A DNA stretch of 64,000 nt from Schmidtea polychroa (taxonomy: Eukaryota), in assembly GCA_044892525.1 (NCBI GenBank), contig CM097885.1:242110001-242174000 (forward strand). The letters run 5' to 3'. Made by a program: the position numbers and the translations under genes. This document shows, piece after piece, positions 1 to 13,145 of the stretch. The notes under the pieces were generated by a model, which was not told the origin of the DNA, searched no databases, and saw only the letters and a list, made by a program, of their open reading frames with translations. Within the stretch, counting starts at the first letter, position 1, and each line of letters begins with the position of its first letter.

Positions 1-84
1 ATAATGTACAACCTTTATGTAATAAAATTTGTAATTTTAAAAAGTTTCCTTTAAATAATTTTAAATGTTATAGTTATTTTAATG

Positions 85-2810
85 CTGATCGATCTTTAAT
101 AAATAATAATAATAATCCTAAGAATCAAGAAGAGTATAATGAAATTAAAAAAGCAGAATATAATAATAAAATAGTAAATGAAAAAGTTTATAAATTTATT
201 AAAAAGGCAGAAGATAAATTAGAGAGAAATGAAATCGGGTGGATTAATGAAATATCAGAGGAGCAAAATATTTTCACTAAAGATGAATGGAAACGACCGA
301 AACTGAGTTATGACAAAATGCAAGGTAGACCGAGTACAACTCTTGAAATTCAGGGCTATAGAATAGAATGCTTACTAGATACAGGAGCAAGAGTAAATGT
401 AATGGCAGAAGCAGTTGTGGACAAATTAGTGAATGTGAAAATCATAAAAACAGATGAGATGTTAAGATTTGCAAATGATAGTAAATTAGAGACAATCGGA
501 AAAATACATATTGATGTTAGAATTGGTAATATGGAAAGAAAAATAACATTTATAATAGTTAAAAATGTTGTTTCAGGTATAATAGGCGGAGTGGAATTGC
601 AGAAAGAGTTTGGAATTGAATTAAACTACATCAAGCAAAATGAAGAAGGATATAATGAGTTTGTGTGTGAAATAGAAGCTAGATTTGGGGAAAAGATTAC
701 AGATAACGAGAGATGTCAAAAAGCAATAGAAATTCTAAGATTAAACGAAAATAAAAGACTGTTAGAGATTGTTAAAAACAATAAAAGTGTTTTTATGGCT
801 AATAACTGGGATATTAGATGTACTGATTTAATTGCACATAAAATCATCACAAAAGAAGGGCCAATTATGATAAAACCCAGAAGACAACCCATCAATTTAG
901 AGGAGAAAATAAATGCTGCTATAAAAAATTTAGAAAATAATGATATCATAAGAAGATGTAATTCACCTTAAAATACGCCGTTAGTATGCGTGTGGAAAAA
1001 AGACAAAAAAGATATCAGACTTTGTTTAGATTTTAGACAGCTTAATAAGATTACTGAAAGACAAGCTTTTCTTATGCCGAATGTAGAAGAAATTCTAGAT
1101 ACATTACATGGATCTAAGTACTTTAGTTCTATAGACCTTGGGAACGCTTATTATCAGGTGAAATTGGACATAAAATCGCAAGAAAAGACATCATTTTCTA
1201 CTAAAGAAGGGCATTTTTGTTTTAATAGAATGCCTTTTGGCATTGCGGCGGCACCGAGTACATTCCAAGAATTAAACACAAAAATATTGAAAGATCTATG
1301 GAAAGAAGGAGTTATGGTGTATTTAGACGATATTTTAATTTTTACAAGAACAATTGAAGAACATTACAACGTGTTTGGAAAAGTCCTAGAGAAAATAAGG
1401 GAAGCTAAATTGAGAATCAACCCAGAAAAATGTCAGTTATTAAAGAGCGAAGTTAAGTTTTGAGGGCACATTATTAACAGTCAGGGGATTCGGACAGATC
1501 AAAGTAAAATTAAGGCTATTAAATTATTTCAGAGGCCTAAGTGTATAAAGAATTTAAGAAGCTTTTTAGGTATATGTAACATTTATCGGAGATTTATTAA
1601 GGAATATGCAACAAAATCAAGAGCGCTAGAAAGCATTTGTGGAAGCAATAGTGAAAAAATAATCTGGACTGAGGAATGTGAGAAAGCTTTCGAAGAAATG
1701 AAAATGGCGTTGACTACAGCGCCAATTCTCGTATTTCCAGATTTCAAGAAAGAATTCATATTCGATACAGACGCAAGCTTTGATACAATTGGAGCTGTAC
1801 ACGTTATTGCATATAAATCCCATGCAATGAGTAGCCATGAAAGAGGATATTGTATAACACGAAAAGAGCTTTTGGCTATTTATTATTTCTGTCGCCATTT
1901 CAACCATTATTTATATGGTAAACGGTTTGTTTTGCGCACTGATCATAAAGCAATAACTTTTATGTTAACGACAAAGAAGCCTATAACAGCACAGTTCCAA
2001 ACGTGGATAAATTACTTGAGCAGTTTAGACATAAAAATGAGGTTCAGAAAAGGTACGGCGCATACGAATGCAGATATGCTGTCTAGAAATACATGCGGAT
2101 GATGTGTACAATGTTTGATGGACCATGATAACCCCAAATCAGGGCGATTAAAAACTAGATTGTTAACATTGATGACCGAAAATAATGGAAATGAATGGCA
2201 AAGTGATAATGCAGAAATACAAGAAATAAAAGATCAAATAAATGAAAGAAAAAATAATAGATATATGTTAAAAGGAAATATTATCTATAACAATCAAAAC
2301 AAAATATGGATACCAGAAACAAAAAGACGAGAAATGATTAAGGAAACACATTTATTATTATGCCACGCAGGAATGGAAAAAGTTATGAAATATATTAGGA
2401 ACAATTTTGATATGGAAGATTTGCGAAATGAAGTAAAAGAGACTATTTCAATATGTGAAGCATGTCAGAAAAACAAAGTTTTAACTACAAAGTCAAAAGA
2501 AAAAACCCAAGTAATTCAAGCTTCAGAAATTATATTTGGGAGAAAGATTAATAGATCACAATGGCATAGTAATAATGAAGTGGTTAGAAAGGAAATCATG
2601 TGGAAATTAGAGGCTAAAAGACAGCAAGCGAAAGAAAATGGCACAACTAAGAACCTAGAAGTGTGGGACAAAGTATTGGTGAAACAAGAAATTAGAAACA
2701 GAGATCACGAGAGATATGAAGGACCATACACAATAATAAAACGAAATCTTGAAAGAAGTTACTTATTAACAGACGAAACGGGAGAAAAATAACGAGGAAT
2801 GTAAAAAAGT
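85..2810 (+). mobile_element. Ty3/gypsy LTR retrotransposon pol (protease-RT-RNase H-integrase), inactivated
   Basis: ORFs 318-971, 990-1463, 1698-2102 and 2115-2792 share one frame, split by stops at 969, 1461 and 2100. Motifs: protease LLDTGA; RT IDLGNAYYQ, RMPFG, YLDDI; RNase H DTDAS, ELLAI, RTDHKA; integrase HHCC (H..CH..C..C). PR-RT-RH-IN order is gypsy type. Confidence 0.95.
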
Positions 2811-2834
2811 TAAAGCATTTTAAAGAATGGTTGA

Positions 2835-3194
2835 TGTAAGGAGTTAGTAAACCCCTATATAAAATTATTATGGTTAAATGGTAGAAGTGAGATCAGTTAG
2901 TAGAAATAATTATTTCTATTAAATCTTTATATTTAAATTCTATATTAAATTATATCATATTATATTAAATTATATTAAATTAAATCAATTAAATGTATGA
3001 CCAGTAATTACATTAATATTAATAATTATCACGCCTCGGTGTTTAAATACGCTAGGACACAATTTTGAAGTTGTTATAAAAAATAAATGCTTGAAGAAGA
3101 TTTGAATTTAATTGCGTCTAACAGTGAACACTGATTATTTATATGGGATTAAAATCTTTTAATAAATTAATATTAATAATAAGAAATCCTTAAA
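2835..3194 (+). repeat. Probable 3' LTR of the gypsy element
   Basis: Starts TGTAAGGA after a purine-rich stretch just downstream of the integrase stop and ends TCCTTAAA (imperfect inverse of the start). The 5' LTR lies outside the window, so it cannot be compared. Confidence 0.5.
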
Positions 3195-4371
3195 TTATTT
3201 ATATAATTTAGCTTAACTTCTATAGACTGGACATATTCTAAAATAAAAAATATATTTATTTTAGAACGTTATTATATTGTATTTACTTAAAAAGCATCTT
3301 GAAAAAGATGTTAAAAATAATACATTTTTCTTTTAATTAAAATATATGTAATAAAAGACATACTACTTTCTTCGTGTTTTTCCTCGATAAATTACAATTA
3401 TGTAATCATAGTTGAGAAAATAACTATTATTTTAGTAATCCTTTTACCGAATTCTATTTTATTTGCAATATTATTATTACATATTATATGAATTTAGAAA
3501 TGAAATAATTCTGATTAAAAATACAAAAATCAAAATTATTAAAAATTAATTAATAAAAAATTAAAAGTGTGCTATTAGAAATCGTATCGAATATCAAATT
3601 AAAAAGTTTACTTTCAACAATTAAACAATTTGATTCTAAAAATATCAATCATAAATAAACCAATAAATAATAATTTTTGAAAATATTTTATTATTAATAA
3701 TTACATTTTATTATTTTTGATTTTTATTTTAAATTTTGTCCTTATTATCACATATAATAGGGGAAATGAATACAATAATCTGCGCTTTTATCACACCAAA
3801 AACAATTTTAAAACTCATTTTTAAAAAACTCGATCAACTAAAACATGTAACAAACAAATCATTAAGAAATATAAAAGAATTATTAAAGTGAACAGAAGTA
3901 ATTAATTTTCAAATCTAATGTGTATTTAAATTTACTTTAACTTTTTGTTAGAAATTAATTTGTTTTAATCTCGTACAATTATTTAGCTTAAATTTCCATC
4001 CAGAAATTATTTGTGCATTGATTGTGTGTCAACAGAGCAGTTATTAAAACAAATAGAACTTGTATTTTTGTTTATATTGTCTTCTGTATTATTTATATAA
4101 TTTCTCAGAATGTTTCAAATTATTATTTTTTTGCTGGTTTTTTATTTTGTTTTTATTAATTTCAATCATAATCTCATTAAAATGAAGTTTTAATAATGAA
4201 AATTAATTAAAACAATATTTTCATCTGTTGAGATTATAAGATTATGTTGCGGCAGATGCTCAATTATTTGTGATATCAAATATCAAAACTAGATTTGATG
4301 TTTATTAGGAATTACTATTTTTTGGGGGTTTTAGATTTAAAAATTAAAACAAAATAGCTGTGAATCTAAAC

Positions 4372-5000
4372 CAGCGATTTTCAAACTGGGAGGCGTGGAT
4401 TAATATAAAGAGAGGTGCTAAAGGTGTTTTCTTGAATGTTTTAATTTTAATTCCTTCTTAATTAAATATATTTTAATATTATTTTTGTAAAATTTTATCG
4501 ATTTGTTTTATTAAAATAATTCTTTATTATTTATATTATAAAATTTATTTATTCATTTCAATTCAAAATTTCGTTTGGATTTTGCATCAAAACAAAATCA
4601 AAATGAATTTGGATTGACAATTATTGAAATGAAAAAATTTATAAAATTACAAAAAAAACAAAAGTTTCAAAGTGAAACTCTAATTCTGTTTTAGTTGGAT
4701 CTAAATGATCTATTACTTTTCCAAACAAAGCATTCGTAACATCCTACTTATGTGAAAAGGCATTTTTTACCTCTAAATATCGAGGCTCCTTTGCATTAGA
4801 AAAAGAGCTACATGTCCACTAGAGTTGATAAACTTTGCATTAATAAACAAGCACATTCATCACATTAATAAAATAAAACGATAGCAAAAAATAAAAATAA
4901 TATGCATATACATTTATATCAAAACAGTATTATTACTGTGTTAATAATTTTTTTTTGTAATACTTTTTTATTTTTTTTTCTTTCAAAGGAGGGCTCGTCG
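4372..5000 (+). mobile_element. hAT (Buster/Charlie-type) non-autonomous remnant
   Basis: Left end CAGCGATTTTCAAACTGGG follows ATCTAAAC. Internal decayed translation TSYLCEKAF...RVDKLCINKQAHSSH* resembles Buster/Charlie transposase C-termini. Right end not found. Confidence 0.6.
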
Positions 5001-5286
5001 TATCATAATGCTTATTACTCATGAACCATTTTAAAATTTGAATTCGATGAAAATACAAATAAATCCACAGTGCAAAAATATTATATTTGTGCCTGCACTT
5101 GAGGTTCATAAAAGAATATGAAAAAAAAACTAAAAAGATAACTTATGTATACAAAATATTAATGAAAATACTTAATATTGCTATCAAATTCCCGGGTCAC
5201 CAATGCTAAGAAATAGAACAGGTCATCTTATAATCTTAATATAAACAAATAGTCATATGACTTTTACTGCAATAATATGTAATTAA

Positions 5287-5471
5287 CCGTTTGCGAACGG
5301 TAGGCCAGCACTGCTGGCCACAAATTTTGTTCCAGACGTTCTACAATGTATAATGGCCAGCTGTGCTGGCCAAACTTTAAAAAAATCATATCACGATATC
5401 GGGCATTCATATATTAAAAATTTTATGCTTAAATAACACTACTTATTAAAATTAATTCCGTCCGCAAACGG
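5287..5471. mobile_element. piggyBac-type MITE
   Basis: TTAA|CCGTTTGCGAACGG ... CCGTCCGCAAACGG|TTAA: 14-bp TIRs with one mismatch and a TTAA duplication. Confidence 0.85.
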
Positions 5472-7321
5472 TTAATAAATTGATAAATATTAAATAAATA
5501 TTAATAAATATTAAATAAATTGATAATATATTTGGTAATTTATAATTATATTCAACTATACTATATTTTCTGTATAATCTGTATGAAATGTTAGATAATT
5601 TCTTTGGTTTTGTCATAAAACAATATTATTAGAAATAAACATATTCATTTATAAATGGCATAGTGTAAAAACAAAGGAATATTAAAATAAAAAGGTTGAT
5701 GTATATGTCAATATCTCTTAATATTTGTCTAAAACTATTTACGCAGATTCATAATGTACATTTTAGAAGAAGTTCAAATGCAAGAAAGGTTCATGGGAAT
5801 TTCTTTGCCATTTATTTTGTCAGAATGAGTCTCAGAAAATATGATAAATTGTTCACTTGATTCTGGTAAGCTTGTTTTGAAGTCAAGGTTATTCTGGGAT
5901 GTGAAAAGCAATCAGAGTTTTACAATGAAAATACATTACATGGGGTGGACTATATTCAAAGTTCTCGTTTAATTACAAATTGAGTACGAATTGAATGGAA
6001 TCTAGAACTATTAATAATGAAATTTCAATACAATTTCTCAACTAAATATTTTAATTATAAATTTAATTATAAACTTTATGAAATTATACGATTACATCTA
6101 TCCTAATTATTTATTTGTTAGATAAAATTTACACATGGAAAACTAATAAATAACTTTGCTTAAGTTGTTACAAATTTTCACAAAATTATTTGGTCAGTTT
6201 ATTATTAATTACATGATTATAATAATTATTATTACAATAATTATAACTTTTTAATTTACATAAAGTTAACGTAATTGATATTTAACAATAATATTATTAT
6301 AATTATTATGATGATGACAGAAAAACTGTCGAAATATATCGTGAAAAGAATGTTTGATTGGCGTTTNNNNNNNNNNNNNNNNNNNNNNNNNNNNNNNNNN
6401 NNNNNNNNNNNNNNNNNNNNNNNNNNNNNNNNNNNNNNNNNNNNNNNNNNNNNNNNNNNNNNNNNNNNNNNNNNNNNNNNNNNNNNNNNNNNNNNNNNNN
6501 NNNNNNNNNNNNNNNNNNNNNNNNNNNNNNNNNNNNNNNNNNNNNNNNNTGATAGCAGCATAAATTAAATGTTAAACAAGTAAATAATAAGATGACCTTT
6601 TTGCTGCAAAACATGTATTAAATGAAAAGATTTTCGATTATTAAATAATAATTTTAAATCATTTTCAAATTCTGCTGTTTCATATTTCAAATCCTCGTTT
6701 GGTTTTTGTTTTAAATTCGTTTTCTCCCTTTACATTGGTCCTAGAATTTTTTTTAAATGAAAAAAGTAAATTAAATAAATAAATTTATTTTTTAATAATA
6801 TGTAAAACATATGATTTCTTATTAAGAATTATTAAAAAATAATTAAATGTCATTAAAAATTATACATTAAGTTCGGAGTTTAATTTTACTATTATTATTT
6901 TATCACCAATTTACTATAGTGAAAATCTCTTTTATTATATACTAAATTTATTTTTCATTTGATGTTGTTTAAGAGAGAAAAACATCTTGAAATACCAAAA
7001 TCTGACAATGTATCCATTATGAATATGAATAAATTAATTAATTGCTCTTTTCTTTCAATTAGTAGCAGACGGAATTATAATTGCACCTTTGTACTAACAA
7101 CAATCTTCACCATAACATCAAAGTATAGGCAAACCGATCTCATTTTTCCCAATAAAATCAATATTTATTGTTTATAATTTCTTTGAATATTATGCATTGT
7201 AATTAAAGTTAAAATTAATTAAATTCTAATTTAAAATACATTAGTTCCGACAATTTGGTAAGATGGTATAGCAAAAGAATTTCTAATTATTTGTAATTTT
7301 TTAAGTTAAAAGCAACTTTGG

Positions 7322-7322
<1 letters not shown>

Positions 7323-7403
<81 letters not shown>

Positions 7404-7404
7404 T
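7323..7404. repeat. (ATT)n microsatellite
   Basis: Uninterrupted ATT run of about 80 bp. Confidence 0.98.
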
Positions 7405-8197
7405 TCTTACTACTATTACAATGCTTTGACAATAGTTCTTTATCAATTATCAGTGGATTAGAAAATTATGTCATAACCTAACTATTATTAACATGAAAAC
7501 GATCAAGACGTGAAAAATATTTAACATTTAGAATTTTCAATAAAAAATTATTATGAATAAATAATCGGAATTTACCAGTAACTTTCAGGACAAGTTTAAA
7601 ATATTAATAAAGCTTTTTACAAATATTATTTACAGAAAACAGTAAGTAGTGATCAATTGTTATATATTTAGACATGGAAAAAATCTGATTACAGAAAAAA
7701 TAGACTCAATTTTATTTACCAAACATGTTCAATTGGTCTCTTTAAACGTGTTTTTCTTTAGTTAGTAATTGTTTCTAATCAACTAATTTATAATAATTAA
7801 GAAAGATATTTCATGTTAATAATGTTAGAATAATAAATATTAATGTAGACATAAATGGTTAAAATGTCATTGCAATATTTACTTTAGATATGTCAATGAA
7901 TTATATCAAAAGGTCAGTAATTATTTCTTTTTGGATAAGAGTATTTTACTTATTATTAAAAAATAGGGTTGCCAGGATTAAGAAATTTATTAAAACTTTA
8001 CAAAACAATTGAAAAATAATGTGTTAAGAAAATCTTATCAACAGAATAAACTTTGATAAAATTGTAAAAACTAAAACAAACTGGAATTTATGAAAATTTC
8101 AAATACAATAAAAAGTCATTAAAAAAGAGCCATATGAAATTTTAAAAATTGATTTATTAATTTATTAAAACTAATAGTTTTCTTAATTTAAAAAAAT

Positions 8198-8325
8198 ATA
8201 ACCATCCATAGTTTACATTTTGTGTATCCAAGAACCGGAGTTCATACGCAGCTTATTGAATCGTATGTGAGTAAACAAAATTCTCACCAAAAAAAAATTG
8301 AAAGGCATTGATGGAAATTTAATGT
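8198..8325 (+). pseudogene. Merlin/ISXO2-type transposase C-terminal fragment
   Basis: Translates TIHSLHFVYPRTGVHTQLIESYVSKQ, matching the Merlin motif TVNHS..FVDP.TG.HTQ.IES.W. Confidence 0.7.
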
Positions 8326-10939
8326 AAGAATAGTTAGTAATGTTTATGTTGTGGGATAATAAATGTAAAAAAAGATTTGAAAAGATTTTTAATTTTAAAA
8401 ATATGTGTTATTTTGAACTCGTTTATTTTTCTTCGTGTCATAAAGTCGTGATTTTTGTAAATTTTTATTATAAAGTAAAAGTATACATTGCCAGTCTAAG
8501 TAAAATTAATATTATGATGCTTTTCTGACGAATATGTGCAATTTTATTTTTTAATTTATTCGGGAGGAAATTTTAATTTTGTTGCATTATGGAGAGAAGT
8601 TTTAATTCTGATTCAATTTTTTAAAAAATTAAGAATTAAAAGGTCGTGAAAATGTTAATATGATAAATTTTAATTTTTATTGTTATCTATGTTGAAAATT
8701 GAATGTTATTGACATGTAAAATGAATTTGAAATTTATTTTATTATTAATTTTCTTTACATAAACTTTTACGAGTCATTTCGAAATATTTTGGAAATGAAA
8801 ACCTAAATAATATAGAAATTAATGCAATTTTTTCTTAAATCTTAAATTTTATTACTCATTCAGTAACATTATTTGTCATTGAATACATAGAAAAGCATTT
8901 AATATTTTATTTCATAATATTTTATCAAAATAAAACAGATGAAAATTGATCAAAAAAATAAAGGATTTTTCTGATATTTAAAATTTCCATCGTATATATA
9001 GACAAAAACTTTGTAAAACCAATGTTTGCAAAAGGTCAACTGTATAAAGAATATAATATTTAACTCTTCATTTTCTTTAATAATTAATTAAATTGCCGTT
9101 TCGTTTTAAAATATTAAAGTTAAATTCATTTAAAAAATTGTTTGAAAAACAAAAGCAAAATTTAATTTCAAATTTATTAAATGAAATCGTATCCGGTTAT
9201 GACCGATAGTTTTATTTATTTGTAATATGAAAATTTCAAAATGAAAAGTATAAATTAATACAATATAAAACCTGAAAATTTCTGTTTTTCAATAATAGGC
9301 TTAAAAGTTACTTAAATAAAATAACCTTTGCATTGCAAGAAAACTAATTATTAAATATAAATATTTATTTAAATTTAATAAATACAATGTCAATGGAAAA
9401 ATAAATCAGTGATGAAATTTGTAAAATAAGTTCTTATAATTATATAATAATAAAAATAATTTTCAAATATAAAACCGTATTATAACTTCAATAATTTTTA
9501 TATCAAAATAATATATAAGGTACACATATTTCGACACAGCTATTATCAAGTGTGTATTTATCAAGGCTCTAACGAAATATCATGTAACTTATATATTGTT
9601 TTGACATAGTCTTATAAACATTAATATGAAAATTATCGAATTAAATAAAAGATTAAAGGTGAAACCAAAAGATAAATACGTATTATTATTATTATAAAAC
9701 TTAGTTTGAGAAATGCTTTCCTATTAGTAATAATAATAAAATAATAATTTTACAAAAAAAGCTGTTATAATATATTAAAATTAGATGAAAAATAAATTAA
9801 AGCATTAGTTTTTCTAATGTAATGATACGCTCGAATGATTCTTAATGAATCATCATTGACAGTGCAAATTTTACACTAAATCATAAAATCGTAAATTAGT
9901 AATAGGTTTTCAGTAAAATATGAAATTTAGCACGAGATTAAAAATTCCATTTCAATGACAGAAAAAAGAAGTATAAAAATACTTGATAAATATTTTACAT
10001 TTTAATCGTTTGACATGAAGTTCTACAATGACTCTCGTTGCACGGGTAGGGCATTTCTCGGATTTTTATATAAATTATTATTATTATTACTAGCACTATC
10101 AGCATTTAATAAAGGCTTTACCGAAAATTCTTGAATATCAAATAACATTGATGTCTTTACTGATTCATGGTCAAACTTTTTAATAAATATAATGCCAACT
10201 ATTATTATTATTAATTATTATTATTTTTTTTAATTACAACTATAAATATAATACTTATTATTATCATTATTATTATTATTTTAATATTATTATCTGCTAA
10301 GCTCTTATTTTACAGCACTTTAATTAATTAATACACTAAATCCGTTATGAATAATTTAAATAAGCTTTTCTAAAATTGATAAATGTTTAGAAATTAAAAT
10401 TAAAAAAATTATGAAAATAAATAAAAATGATGGAGAAAGAGGCAAAATATGAAAAGGAATATTATTATTGGTAATAAAAAGTCAAGGCACCGGGACCAGC
10501 TGAGAAATGAATTGAGAACAACTTGCACAGAAATAAAGTAAATAGTTTAATTATAGAAAAATGGAAGAACTTAAAGAAAATTAATTTTTTGAAATTTAAT
10601 TTTGAAAACAAAAAAAATTTGTTTTTATGAAATCTGACATTTTGGATGAATTTTATACTGTACATTAAATACAGTCGTAGCTAGGATAAAAGTCTTAATT
10701 CAATAAGCGATCATAACCGTTGTCCAGGGTGCAATTTTCCATGTATTTATATGGGAAACCGTTTAATTCATTCGGTTAGTTTTAAGAGAAAGTTTAGTAA
10801 AAATAATATATATTATAATAATAGAAAAACATTTTGAAAAATAATTACAAGCAATTTGTTATCCAATAAATTCTATTGAATTCTCTAGAAATTTTAGTTT
10901 TCACTCAGTCCGAATCCGTTTCCAACTTCTTCATAGGAA

Positions 10940-11750
10940 TAAAAAATTGCACTGAACCTGGTGAATATGAGAGCAGGGTCATTGTTTACCATTTAAGAAG
11001 ATCTTGGCTGGGGATTCTAAAAAAACAGTCGTTGAATGTATACTCAACTTATTGACTTAAGCTTCATATGGGTGAAATTGATAAACTGTTTTTCTGATTT
11101 TATCCTATTTTTTGAGAAGCTGTAGACATTAGTCCTTTAGTGATTTCTTCTTCATTTCTGAAGTAAGTGTTCTGCGGGTCTTCCTTAGCTTTTTCATCAA
11201 CGAAAGCTTGCAGCTCATTCAGTCTGAAAGTTTCTTCGTGATCAAATATCAGGCCTTCTATATCATCTTCAAATTTCATGTATATATTCTTTACTACGGC
11301 ACCAATCAGCACTTATACAAATATCACTATCCTTTGCCGATATCGCTATCCGAAACCTTTATTGTTTCATATCCAAGACCGTTGTTTAGTACGAATATTA
11401 TTCAAGGTATGACCACCAAGAACCAAATTATTTTTTAGTTTATTTTACGTGTTGACCCAGATCGGAAATAGTGTCCTAAATTCTTTTCTCAAGCAATGCA
11501 GTGTATGATATGCGATTCCAAGAAGGAGTCTATTTTTTGACCTGGGCTCCGAACTAACAAAAACATTTATTTGGGTCTGGTCAGTGAGTTAATTAAAACA
11601 AATAATTTGGATTATATTTTCGATATAAGCCAGAAACTAAACTTATTTTTCACGTAACCACCAAGAACCTTGGTCAAAGTGGCTTGTGTTCCAAATTGAG
11701 ACATTCGACACCACCGACAGTTCAATAGTCTGGTAACTGGTAATCGGTGT
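10940..11750 (-). pseudogene. Degraded coding remnant of unidentified family
   Basis: GC-richer island. The minus frame holding ORF 11100-11312 continues protein-like on both sides through several stops. No family recognised. Confidence 0.4.
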
Positions 11751-12899
11751 AATGTATAAATTTTAGAAAATATGTTTATTGAATTTTTGAATTTGTTTTA
11801 CAATTTTTATTTTTTCTGATTTACTCACAATGAATTGGATATATTGAGTATAATTAAATGATTCTTTATTAATAAATTCTTTATTATTGATTAATTATTT
11901 ACATTGTCTAGTTTTTTATTCTTAATATTTATTAAATCTTCAAATTTCCTCAATTTACAATATCTGAAACGACATAAAATCAATTAAAAAAATCAAATAA
12001 ATACAAATTGCAAAAAAATAGTTTATTTTATTAATATTGAAAAGAAAATTTTTATTATTTTTCAATATGTAAAAAATACCGAAAAATAATTTAGGATATT
12101 AATTAAAAATTTAAATAATGCAAATAGACTGAAAATCGAAAACAAAAAATAATTTGACACAAGTCATGCTATTTGTGGTTTATTTTTTAAGTAATTTGGA
12201 ATTGAACTTTGTCATTGTTTAAGAAGTAAATATCCAAGCAAGAGTAAATCTTATTAAAGTTTATGACAAAATTGATAGTATGCAATTGAGAAAATTTTTC
12301 AATAAAAGTATAACTGATTAATGATGAGTGTCTTTGTTAAATGGACATAGCCGAATATTTGGGTGAAGATTATGACACATACTATTACCCAGACATTCCA
12401 ATTTTAAACGCACATGTGAGCCATACAGCGGATCATGATTTATTAATAAAAACTGCTATAATGCAGCTTGGTGTGTAAACCCATTATAAGTGACTCAATT
12501 AAGTTGTGCTTAAATGGAGTTAATTCATAAGTTAATTAATTTGAGCCATTTTAGAAATGGCTTTCAAGATTTTTAATTTTAAGTATATTTTAAGACTTGA
12601 ATTTTGATTTTATATAAATCATTCAAAGCTCTTAAATTTTACGTTTCTATTATAATTTAATTTTAATTACTTTTCAAATTTTTTAGGAATGAATTTTGGA
12701 ATTATTTCGATTTAATGTAAGTTAGATATATTTTTAAATATAATTTATTAAAGAACGTAATCTCAAAACACATCTATTTTCTTAACACATTTAGAAAAAA
12801 GCAAATAGTGTTTTAAGATTTTGTAATCTTACAGATATATTAACTGATTTTTCAAAATTCTAAAAATAGTGTATTTTGAGACCACTCACTTTCATTAAA

Positions 12900-13145
12900 G
12901 CAGGAAAATACGCATTTATTCGAAGGAAGCATAAAAATTGAACTCTACAAAATCCAATAAATTATTTCCATGTTCTTCGGAAATAATTTGTTTGCTACTA
13001 CTTTTCTTCCTTTTGGAAATTTCTCCAATTTTTTTTGTATTTGTAAATGATTGCCCGAGTCGAATTTTTGGCGATTCCCAGTAATCTTTCAAAATCATAG
13101 TAATCTTCACCATTCGAATTTTGTCTTGTTCTGAAATTCTATCAA
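12900..13145 (-). pseudogene. IS630/Tc1-like transposase N-terminal HTH fragment
   Basis: Frameshifted translation ISEQDKIR/NGEDYYDFERLLGIAKNSTRAIIYKYKK/GEISKRKK...IISEEH...LLDFVE resembles paired-HTH regions of Tc1/IS630 transposases. Confidence 0.5.

Noticed and set aside
5780-5870. FFAIYFVRMSLRKYDKLF, faintly like a PIF/Harbinger transposase N-terminus
   Set aside because: Too short, with no downstream catalytic motifs or TIRs.
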